Part shown: positions 9,504 through 20,560 of the stretch, piece by piece
Layout: each line of letters starts with the position of its first letter
Position numbering within the stretch: the first letter of the stretch is position 1
Assembly (NCBI GenBank): GCA_964187785.1
Contig: OZ076409.1
Location: 96,288,001 to 96,352,000, forward strand
Direction of reading: 5' to 3'
Origin: Amphiscolops sp. MND2022
Taxonomy: Eukaryota
DNA: 64,000 nt
Notes under the pieces: model-generated
What the model was told of the DNA's origin: nothing
Database searches by the model: none
What the model saw: only the letters and a program-made list of their open reading frames with translations
Position numbers and translations under genes: made by a program

Positions 9504-12500
9504 TTAGCTCTTAGAACCACCAGCAGAAGATTCACCAAGGACAGACGAAGCTCTACCCCGGGAACAACTCTTTTCCATCCGCCTCCGCTTACTATCACTG
9601 GGTGGCCTCACAGCAGGAGCATCAGGCATAGAAGAAGTATCAGCGAAAGTGGGACTTCTAAAATGGAATTCTGACCCGGCGAGAACAGAGCGATAAGAAG
9701 TGACGAGAGTCTTGTAAATTGCTGAACGGCCGAAGCTGTCTACAAAGGTCCACGGGTCGTAATCGGCAGTGAAGGCAGTCTGTCCAAATGTCGAAGACAA
9801 TTCGAAGAATTTCTCGAGACGAGACTCAGAACAGCAGGCAACCAGAGAATCAGGCACTGTTGACAGATAACTTTGACAAGGCAAGATGACGTCCGCTAAA
9901 CGAGACTGAAGCCCCTTTGTGTCAATCTTGCCCAAAGAAACAGGAGGATACTCGGGACTCACAGAAGTGATGCAGAGGCAACTCAGCTTGAATAGATAAC
10001 AAAGATGCTCATGTGTGTGGAGGAACTCCAATCCCATGAAGAAGTCAATGAGATCAGGAGGATCGCAGGAGGAGCTGAACTCGGAAGAATGGTTGGCTCG
10101 GAGGTAATCCAACAGGGCAACGTACTCGTCCCGGCAAACTGACTCATTGGACGCTGAAACCCAGGAACGCAGTTGGAAAGTGGAGTACAAACGGTCAAAG
10201 TGCCGCAAAGCAATTTCCACGGGCCTCCTGAAGAGGATATGCGGATCAAACGCAGCCAGTCCTTTGATGAGGTCAGATCCGAGCTCGGAGTGTTGGAGTA
10301 CTCCGGACAACAAGAACTTGATGAACTCCCTCGCACTCTTCACAAAGTCTGATTTCGCACTTTCAGCAGTCTTGTCGATGGCTGCCTTACTAGACTTCTT
10401 ATTGAAATGAAGCCCCGCTGCCTTCAAGTTGCTTGCACTGGTCACTTTACTGGCAATCTTGAGCTAGGAAATCTTCATCACTCATAGGTTTGCCCTGACT
10501 GATTCGAAAGTCCATCAACAGGAACCAAGCGCTTTCCAGAGGCACTGTGTCAGGCTGGTAGATGCGGAAGCAAAGACGATTGATATACTTGCACATCTCT
10601 CCACAAAGGAAGAAGGTAGCATCTCGCCTCTGACCCAAATTGATGACGAAACTAGTGACATCTGAAACACAGAACCTGAAGGTCCCTAAAAGGACGACAG
10701 ACCAAAAGTGACTTCACCAAACTAGAAATACTCACAATCGCTGACCAGGCGTTGGAACAGCTCCAGTTTGACAGCGAAGAAGTTGTCCATGATCAGGGAC
10801 CACTCGAAGCTCTGGACCTGTGGAAAGGTATGGTGTAAATTTGAAACGATAGCCCTGCCTATGCTTATGAAAAGGAACGTCCACTAGAACTCTCTTTAAA
10901 AAAAGACAGATGATTTTGTGAATTATAACCTTGTTATGGACCCCTTGATTCTCTTGTCGGCGTGAATGCACAGTGAAGTAGCGCAGGATCGACTTCCACT
11001 TCTTCAATAGATCGCGGCACAGATCAGGTATTTTGGTTATCTCCAGTGTGCAAGTTGTAATATCCTAAAGAAAACGATTCGAAAATGGGAGCCCTAACTG
11101 TTAGTGAATACCTCCGCCCTTCACCTATGTTATGCAGAACAGATTTGCAAAATAGACTTACTCGGACAAGTTCAGTCGATTCGGTGACCCAGTCCTCAGA
11201 TAGGCAACCTCCAAGCGAGACCAGAAGACATTGGAGAACAGAGAACATGTCTATGTGCCCGAAGACGCTGTAGTTTACCTTGTGCAACAAGGTCCTCAAG
11301 TCAAGCAACTCGAATCGGAAGCAACTTTGGATCCCACGAGGGTAGGAGGGATGCTGGTCCACTGTCCTTATCAGGTCAACGGCACATCCAGATATCGCGA
11401 CCACATCGGGAGCGGTAGAAATGGCAGACAACAATCGTGATAGGGAGCCCATCTCCTCAGTGAGCCCGACGCCAGAAAGTCCACTTCGACAGACGAAGAT
11501 GCGACAAAGCTTCGCACCCTTCCAAAATCGGAGAGACATCAAGCGGTTGGCCCCTCTCTTCTCGAACTCAATCCCATAGTGCTGGGAAGCGATGATTTGC
11601 TCTGCCACGTCTTCCATCATGCAGTTGAAGACGTGTTGGAAAATGGCCTGAAACGGAACGAAACTCGGATGATCATACGGCCTTACCATTACAAGCTACC
11701 CTTACGCTACGAATGGTTCTATGATGAAATAAACGAGTGAACTTACCATGATGTGGTCTTCACTCCAGTCGAAATCCTGGAAGGCTGATTGGAATCCAGT
11801 ATAGCTCCCTGCTCTAGCCCACAACCTGCGGAGGATAGCTATGTTGCCTGAGTCCTGGACGAAATCTCCCAAGAGGCAAATCTGGGCCTGCAATCGCGAT
11901 TGAGGTGTTACAGGAGCCGAAGAGTGTCCCTTCAAGTAATCCTCGTAAAAAGGATGTCTCTCGCCAACGTCAAGAAGTTCTGTATGGATGAATCTGGGAA
12001 GCTCTTGCGCAAGGTCGGATTTCTTGAGGATTTTGCCATCCCTTCCTCGAACTCTGTGCTGGACTTTCCCCGACACGTCATCTATTGTCTTGAGGTGCTC
12101 AAACCGCCACCTCTGGTCTCGGCGAAGGTGTTTCTCGGTCCTGTGGTGACGTAAGATTTCCACAGTGCCTTTAGTCTTTATGCTAAAGTTTTTCTTGCAC
12201 ATGTGGCACCACACCATGTAAGGGTTATGTAACGGATCGGCTGGGCCAGAAATGAAGGATCTAGTCCATGCTATCTTGGAGAAGACCTCCTCACGCATAG
12301 GCACACCCCGCCTTGGCATCCTCTTGCTCTTACTTTTCCTGGCTGAAACAACTGCCTGACGGGACTTCTGGGTAGGAGATTGACCGCGAAGCTCAGACAA
12401 AGTACAGTCCAGGCTGCTCTTCTCCTGCATTTCAGTCTCTCCCTCAGTCGTGTTATGTGGCAGCCCTGGTTGTGAGGCTGTAGAGAGATTTTCAGGAACA

Positions 12501-13761
12501 GTTTTATTATAAACTCTGTCAATCAAGAGCCTTTCCATGGAACTGTCACTATCTTCGAGATAGGAGAGATCACTGACATCCTGGAGTGTGCTCAGGTCAA
12601 GTTGTGGACTGGGCTGAGAACCAAGATCGACAGAAAGCTCGTCGGAGCTGGACCCAGCTTGGCGATTGGATCCTGGGGAAGGAGCTCGGGCTCGCGTCCG
12701 GAACTTCTCAGTCCGTGAAGGGGCAGTCACGGGAGTTCCTTTTACTGCTCCAATTACCATTCTCTCCATGGTGGTACAAGTCATATTGATAGCTTCGTCA
12801 GTGAGAACCCGAAGCAGGTGATAGACCTGCGGCTCTGTGAAGGCTACAACCCTCTGTCCAACCGGGAACGTGTAGGGGTCTTCGGCCTCAAAGTACTGTT
12901 TGAGCGTGGCTCTACTGCGTCCTGACAAATCTCGCAGAACTTCTTCTTGTGGCTGAGGATTAAACCGAGAAGTCCCTGGTGGTCCTGGATCGTGTATTTC
13001 TGATCCTGAGTCTTCTTGAGTCTCTGATGCTGACCCCGTTCCAAAAGGGATGCTCGCGTACAAGAGGGGAATTTCAGACTGACTGGTAGTATCAACAGCC
13101 TGGGTGGTGTCACTGTGGTCCCCTGTAGCGGTGAAATGTCCTGCTCCACCGGGGAGTGGAGGGGCTCATGGACAGAAGATGAGGCTTCATCATCTGACTG
13201 CAGGAAAGAAACTGCAGATGTATCGTGGCTACGATTCTGTGCAAGTTGCAGCTCAGGGAAACCAGACTGCGACTGCGGCGCTACTGACAGTGAGGACTCA
13301 AGTTGTGAAATGCTGGTAACTTCTGTTCCAGGCTGCTCAAAGGGTGTCGGAGTGCTAGTTCTCACTTGAATAGGAACGTGACCCACGTCTGGGACAACTG
13401 GGTCTTGTGCCGGAGACGGCTCTTCTTCCTTAGGACTGGCAGGATCTGTGTCAGTCAACCCCTGTGAGACTTCCATACGTTGGACCATCTCGTCTGCATA
13501 CGCTGTGACATCAACGTTGCTTTCATTGCTGAAAGGAGAGTCAGCAGTCAACTGTTGCGCTTGGCCGAGGAATGTTCTTATTGGGGGAAATGGAGGTGGA
13601 GAAGGCGTACTGCTGGGCATTGAGATGGGTAAGGGACGTTGAGGAAGCGCAGTGGAATTACCAGTTGTGGTAATGCTTTGAACTTGTGGTTCATCGACGT
13701 TCTGTTGTTCTAAACAGAAGGAGATGAAATTTGGCGGTAAGCTTCCTTGAAAGAAATCCAT
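9504..13761 (-). CDS. E1 antisense spliced accessory gene: C2H2 zinc-finger, hAT-transposase-like protein (~1270 aa predicted); exons 13761-11747, 11647-11162, 11064-10930, 10817-10736, 10661-10451, 10389-9504
   Basis: GT...AG introns join the ORF-track fragments in frame; exon sizes and phases match E3; WCHMCKKNFS..EILRHHRTEKH finger; exon 1 needs one frameshift near 13165-13100; last intron is the least certain. Confidence 0.8.
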
Positions 13762-14796
13762 TCTACCGCATTAGAAAACTTCCGGAAGTACTTTGAAAAA
13801 ATGAACAAAACGTGTTATCTGATGGATACAGGAAGCATTTTGTGAACAAATTTAGCCCTGATCAAGTTAAATTAAGTTCAAAACCAAAGCAAACCAACCT
13901 TCAACTGAAGACATTCTGTCCTGCTTTGCCTTTTACTGTCGAACCAATCAAGCTCAGGAGGTGTGGAATCTGGCCGGACTCGGACCAAGGACAGGTCCCG
14001 GGAATACTTCAAAGAGGAAGAAGGACGCTGTTGAAGAGATTAAGAAGAGTGGAGAAAACTGTCCGGTAGAGGATATCAGATGAAGAAGACAAAGTAAAAT
14101 AATTGGAATTGAATTGGAATTAAAATGGGTTAATGGAATTAAAAGTTGGAGTTCGTGGCTGAAGAAAGTTTACCAGACTAATATTATTTAGTTATTTACA
14201 TATTTATTATGTACATGGAGTCTGCCAGCGAAATGTACAAAGAACTTTGTTATTTACAGCTTACTTAATTAGTTGCCGATTCCGGCCGTTTGACTCGTTG
14301 CACTTTATTATTTCGTTCAGTTAACTTAGTTACCGCTAGTTAAAAAATCCGCCATTTTGAATTATTCAGATTTATTATTTTCGCCATTTTATTATTTAAT
14401 TTTTCATTTTATCAGAGCTCAACTCTGATTGGCTGAAGCCATGTTGAAAGAATTTAGCGGCGCGTGCTGTTAATTGATCCGAAGCAAGCCGTTAATTACC
14501 CACTTGAAGGGAAGATATTTGATATCAACAACTTAAGTGCTGCTTACACCCACTTTGATGATGGCTCATATGAAGGACAAACACCTATTTGATCGGAGTC
14601 GCCAACCCCGTTTAGGAATTTCATTCAGGAATGTTTACGATGAATCGGGGCGATCAACCTGAGATTCTCCCGCTAAATTAGAAACTTCGGGAAAAGGCCT
14701 AACTCGGAATTTGAGGAGGCAACAAGCTCATTCTGATTTCAAACTCGCTCACGACAAGTTGACTAGCAAATCTCCAAAATTGCGAAAAAACTAATA

Positions 14797-15567
14797 ATGG
14801 AAAGATTTAATAAAGCGAGAAAACTCTTTGGTTCTTTGGAGTTCAGTTCTGACTCATCGAGAGACTCTGTAATCTACATCAGCAGTGATGAAGAAACCTC
14901 TGACGGATGGGACTCAGACTGGTCTACGGACACAGAAGAGATGGTGAGGAGGATTGAAACTCAAGTCCAAGCTGAGCCAATTCCCATAGCCGGCAGAAGG
15001 ATGACGACGGCGAGCGACGAACCTGGTCCTAGCTCTGTGCCTTCAGACGCGCAAACTACACCGAAGCTGGACAAAACCTACTTCGACGAGAAACTATGCT
15101 ATGCTCCGTCTAGAGGCAAAACGAAGAGGAGAATAGAATTATGCAAGACGATTCTGCCTGTGTTAGAGTCGCCGCTTTCGCCCCCCGCTCATGAGAGAGG
15201 GCCGTCTATGGATACGCCGGTGATACAACCCGAAAGTAGTGGGTTCCATGCTTCTTTCCACATACAAAATGCGTTGCCTTACACTGATATCAGCTCCCAA
15301 AGGTGCACAAGCTGTATGGTTTGTGGAAAATCTGTGGACGAAATAAAATCCATAAAGATAAACAGATACATGGAAGCCTCAACTCCAAAGAGCGAACCCG
15401 CTTACATCACAGCTCTCAGGAAAGAAGCCTACATCAATGGTCTTAATGCAGGCAGTCTTCTTTTCATTGCACCCGCTGTGTCGCAGGCTGCCGCCTGTGA
15501 CGGCACAAGGATTACAACAACGACTGTTGGCCAGGATGTGGCCCCAGGAACTCTCCCTATCTATTAA
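14797..15567 (+). CDS. E1 3' sense accessory ORF (256 aa): SIM-like VIYISSDEE plus CxxC domain, ends inside the 3' LTR
   Basis: Open ATG-initiated ORF; C-terminal ~65 aa align without gaps to the E3 ORF ending at 49946; remnant in E2. Confidence 0.8.
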   Translation: MERFNKARKLFGSLEFSSDSSRDSVIYISSDEETSDGWDSDWSTDTEEMVRRIETQVQAEPIPIAGRRMTTASDEPGPSSVPSDAQTTPKLDKTYFDEKLCYAPSRGKTKRRIELCKTILPVLESPLSPPAHERGPSMDTPVIQPESSGFHASFHIQNALPYTDISSQRCTSCMVCGKSVDEIKSIKINRYMEASTPKSEPAYITALRKEAYINGLNAGSLLFIAPAVSQAAACDGTRITTTTVGQDVAPGTLPIY

Positions 15568-17206
15568 AGTAAACTAAAACTTTCTCTTAAGCTTTTACGT
15601 TGCTCATGTATTTTGTTGCCATATTATTTTAGAAAATAGCCAAAAAGGGCCGTACTGGGACGTATTCCCTTATTACCAAAACTTAGAATTATTGCACTTG
15701 TTGATTATTTATGGTCAACCTTAGTCTTGAATGTTAATTGTATATTAGTCTGTTAACATAGATTGTGTTGTGTTGTTGTATTATCAATGCAATGTAGTAA
15801 TAATCAAAGATTATGGCAAGCAACTTAGAGAAAGTACGGAAACGAGTTCAAATGGACTCCTGTACTTTCTTGCCAACGCCACTTGCGCTCACCCAATTAG
15901 CCAATCAGAGGCCTTCATTTTCGTGTGCTTTATTCTCTTTTGCCAATTACGGCCTTTGTACAAACCGGACGAAAGTGCTATTATTGCCGTTCAGGCAGTC
16001 GGCCTAATCCGGCTATTCAGTCCGCCATAAACAAAGCACTTGTGATTGATGTTAATTTCATGTAATGATATTTAGTTAATAGTTAGCTTTGTTAATCATG
16101 AAGTACCAATCTGAAGTGTTAATTGATGTTCTGTCGTACCATTAACAAATAGTTATCCAATTTGTTCTAAAATAGCTGTTGCATGAAATCTGATATTATT
16201 GCCTTATCAGGCCTTTTGCCATTGTACCCATGAAAGGTATTTAGACTAAACATATTTGTTGTGCTGCCACGTGCTAAAGTATGCGCACTTACATCAACAA
16301 ATACCTGTTCAATGAAAATATTTTGCCAAATATGTAAACGATGCTAACGGTTGAATGATTGTTCCTTTGATGTATAATATTTGGAATGGATAGCGTTCAT
16401 CCCGTGACCATCAAAAATGCAGTCATATGATATTGTCTTAGTCAAAGAATGTAAAGAATGAGAGTGTCACTCTTTCGGGGGTATAAATACCCGTGCCTTT
16501 GAGAGAGGAGACACTTCTTAATTTGCTCTCTTCTGAAAAAGACTATCATATTAGTACAAACGGTTTCACTGTTATTTTCGAGATATAATCTAATTCAATT
16601 TTATACTCGAAGTTTTCCTTATGCCTACTACAAGAAAACAAAAGAAGGCTAGAACGTCCAGAGGACTAGAGATCCTTTCTGATATCGAAAATCTAGATAT
16701 GATGTTAGGAGGCGATCGTTACAATGGAACTGAAAGAGAAAGGAGTTTAGACAGTAACTCCGTTAGAAGGAGAGAAAGTGTCATAAGTAATAACTTGGAC
16801 AATGAGGGCGAAAGCCTATTTTCAAATTGCAGAAATGATGAACCTTGGACAAGTGCCGATCTTGGCCAATATTCAGCTGAAGCAAACTCACTAGCTGAGA
16901 TAAACAGGTTGTCTAGCGAATTGAACTCTATGATATCCCGTGAGATGGATGAAATGATGAGTAATGTTGATACGCTGATCCAAAGGGCCATTAATGAGGC
17001 TATTAGCAGTCAAGTATTGCCTCAAATACAGAATGTCATAATGGCCGGATCAGGCCGAGAGACCAGAAGGGGATGGGAAGTCCCAGTTGAGAGATCGGAA
17101 GCAAATGCCGAGGAACAGCGAATTCCAAACGCTAAGGCCGACTGTAGAAATGAACAGAATGATGGATACCGATCTGGTGGACCATCTGCCCGTCACGTTC
17201 ATGACA
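15479..17206 (+). repeat. E1 3' LTR
   Basis: Copy of 1202-2929; its gag 5' part reads into flanking DNA (ORF 16621-17292). Confidence 0.96.
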
Positions 17207-18447
17207 ATTGTACTTATATTATTCAACCCCTTCTTTTCGTGATCAATCGGGTGAAGCCGAAGAAGAGTGTTTTGGAGAGAAAAACTAGCTGAGCTAGTCC
17301 TTTTGACGCAAAGCACTTACCCACTAAATAAAACCTTTTCCTGATAGAGTTAGATCCTCGGGAATTTCTCTCCAGCCCTTGCTATCTAAAATTTTCTACA
17401 GCTGGGATCTTTTTCAAAGCGCATTGACACACTGACAGGAATTTCCAAGATGCAGGGAAAATTTTCAAAGATTTTTTCCTGCGCGCAGTCTGAATTTTTT
17501 AGGTTTTTCATAAAATTACCCTGGCCTCCAGCATGTAAATCGTTCCAGCAGTCTCGGCTCTACGTTCCGCTAGTCTTCCGCCTTGTACGCTTTCAATTGG
17601 ATAATTTTGTTTTTCTGAGAAACGTGTCAAAATATGCAAACATATTTGGAAATGTCTGAGAAATTTTAGACCAAATATACGTTATTTCGAATCCGATATA
17701 TGTCTATAGGAATCGGTTACCCGTGATCAATCTACAGGCTAGAGGAACGGAAAAGAAACGAACGTACAGTACAGCATTTGTCACTTCCACTTTTAGAGCG
17801 TTCACTACTAGTGCAGTGTAGTATTATTCAATGGCTACATGTCGACAGAATATAATATAATATGTAACAACTGCTATTTTTCTTCTCTGCGTATTTGTGT
17901 CTTTTTAGTCAAATGTGGCGGATTCAATGCAATTTCACGTAAGCTGTTGCGTTGTATCTTCGTGGTTTTCATTTGAATATATAGCTGTTTACATGGATTT
18001 ATAAAAGCTGGCTTATCGGCCGGTTTGTGTTTTGATGATTGAGTTAAGTTATGATTGGTATCAGTTTTGGTTGTTGGATAGTTGAAGCAGTTACTCTACG
18101 AGCAGAATTTCAACTTTTTTGAGGTTAGTTCAAACTACTTCAATTAGTATTGTACCCAGGGTTGTAAAAAATATATTTATATTTAAATATATTTATTTTT
18201 TTAAATAAATATATTTATTTTTTGACTCAAACAAATAAAATACAATATTTTTAATGTTGAATAATTCTTTTAGAAGTTTTGCAAATTCGATAGTAATTTC
18301 AAGCCTGATGTTCAAAGTTTTCTGCTTTCGTTCCAGTCCGACCCCAGCCAATCAGAAGCGAGAGAATAACGACTACATGTATATGAAACATAAACATTTA
18401 TTTGCATTGTTTGACCATCGTGTACATAATGGCACCTTCCCATAAAG

Positions 18448-20035
18448 ATGTTGCTAAATTCTACTTCGAAAAGCTTAAAGATAAAAAATAAAAATTTATT
18501 TTCTCACGTTGAAAACAAACATAAAAACTATCATCACGATATGAATTCCGATATCAGCAAGCTATCATTCCATTATTCCGTCAAAACTACAACAATCTTT
18601 GAATGGCTCGAATGGATTATTATGAATGGAAATTTCTTTTTCCTTTGTTGACAACGAGTATAATAAAAAATACTCCAATTTAAACAGCATTACACGTCCT
18701 ACCTTTATGAAATATTTGAATGAATTCACCAGGGGTGGGCAATAAATAATAATTAAATTTCCGCCAATGCACTTTTTATGAAAATCACTACGTTATTTTC
18801 ATAAAATGTTCCAATTGAAAAGATATGTTAAATTTGTTATCAGACAACAGTAAAAATGATTTATTGTTTGCAACAATAATATTGCAATAATATTGTGCCC
18901 ACCCCTGGAATTGACACAAGAAGTGGAAGCTATTGTTCAATCTTTACTTCCAAATTCCTATGGAGTTATTTTTGATGGTTGGACCGAAACATCAACAGCA
19001 ACTTATTACTTTGGAATTTATGCTGTTTTTCCGGATGATACAAATGCATGCCAAACAATTTTCTTAGCATTTTCTCCGCTATAAGATGAAACCGATTTGA
19101 GTGCCAAAAGTCAGCTGGAAATTTTAGAGGCAACATTATGCGTTTTCAAGAAGTCTAAAGCAAACGTGTCGTTCCTTGTTGGAGATAACTGTTCAACAAA
19201 TGTCAAAATATCCCGTGATATGAAGTTACCACTTATCGGCTGCGCTAGACACAGGTTTAATTTAGCCGTGAATTGCTACCTGAAGTTTTATGACTCGACA
19301 ATCACCAAAGTCAATGAGTTGATGAAAAAAATGAGTTCGATAAAAAGGCGAGCGCAGTTACGTAAAACAACCGATTTAGCTCCGATATCTCGGAATACTA
19401 CCAGATGGACTTCGACATTCGACATGATGGACAGATACAGAGCCATCCGTGACAAACTTGATTGGACAGATCGAGAATTGATAAACCTCATTCCTGCGCC
19501 TTCAGAAAACGCCCTCATCGATGACCTAGTCAATGAAATGGCAAAATTAAACTCAGTTTCTGAGAAGTTACAGGAAGATAGAATTAGTCTTCATGATATT
19601 CGATTGCTTTTTGACAGCGTTATGAATGACTTCCCGGGACTGGAGCATTATCTGGGCTACGAAGAAGGATCACTGACACATTATCCCGATTTTGATATAG
19701 GCATATCGAATCATATCGCGGGCCTGCCTTTGACACAGAATCAAATCAATGCTATTTCATGTTTTACATCGGTAGTTGAAGAAGACATTCAAACGGCAAC
19801 AACTTCTTATGCTGATAATATCATTTCCAAAAAATCAAAGAAGAATTGCGATTTGCAATGGATCCCTGGTACTTCTAATATTGTAGAGCGTCTCTTCAGT
19901 CGTGCAAAGCTGACACTTGATGATCAAAGAAAACGAGTGTTGCCAATACATTTCGAACAACAAGTCTTTCTATTTGCTAACAAACGTTTATGGAACATCA
20001 AAAATGTTGATAACGTTGTTACTCAAATTGGATAA
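18448..20035 (+). pseudogene. hAT transposase pseudogene
   Basis: FDGWT, GDNC, GCARHRFNLAV (CxxH), TRW and TSNIVERLFS motifs; interrupted by a MITE and a stop at 19082-19084; 5' limit approximate. Confidence 0.88.
18730..18907. mobile_element. 178-bp hAT-type MITE nested in the transposase
   Basis: 12-bp TIR CAGGGGTGGGCA / TGCCCACCCCTG; 8-bp TSD GAATTCAC / GAATTGAC. Confidence 0.88.
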
Positions 20036-20197
20036 ATATTTTTTTCTAAATGAAAATACCTATTTTTTAAGGGAGTCATATTCATAAAAGTATTTTTCTT
20101 TCAAAATATTTTTAAATATATTTTTTTACAACCCCGATTGTACCTTAAGAACAAAAAGAATAATTCAAAACGATAAAATTTGAAGTTAAAAATATTG

Positions 20198-20560
20198 GAC
20201 CATGTCATCTATTCCACCCAGGTCCACCTCGTTGGGAACTCCCCCCCCCAAAAAAAAAAACGAAAGCACATTTTTTCTTGAATAAAAATATTTCACTAAT
20301 AAGATGATATTTTATGAATGTAAATACTTAGAGGATTGTCTCTACAATTGTTTTGACACTTCAGGCAAAAAATACCCTAATTTTTTGAGAATATTGTCCA
20401 AAATAGCGGAAATCCACGTTTTGAACAAGCTAAAATCGTATAAATTGGCCCCTATTTCAACGCAAACTTTGTCCGCTATAAAATATAATGAGCAACTTTT
20501 AACTGACAGTCAATGTAATGGATAGGATTATGTCGATATCAATTGTTTGATTGGACCAAA
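20198..20560. repeat. Dispersed non-coding repeat, inverted copy at ~53230-53580
   Basis: AAACGAAAGCACATTTT..TCTTGAATAAAAATATTTCACT block and flanks match the reverse complement near 53480-53580; limits approximate. Confidence 0.65.

Larger units (their letters stand above)
1202..17206 (+). mobile_element. E1: full-length ~16.0 kb Ty3/Gypsy LTR retrotransposon with accessory genes
   Basis: Direct repeats 1202-2929 and 15479-17206 (TGTCGCAG...CATGACA); ATTGT target-site duplication at 1197-1201 and 17207-17211; gag plus pol in PR-RT-RH-IN order. Confidence 0.97.
18157..20136 (+). mobile_element. hAT (Ac-like) DNA transposon, decayed
   Basis: Imperfect TIRs CAGGGTTGTAAAAAA / TTTTTTACAACCCCG; 8-bp TSD ATTGTACC at 18149-18156 and 20137-20144. 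Confidence 0.9.

Noticed and set aside
14797..15567. env gene (endogenous retrovirus)
   Set aside because: No signal peptide, fusion peptide or transmembrane anchor visible
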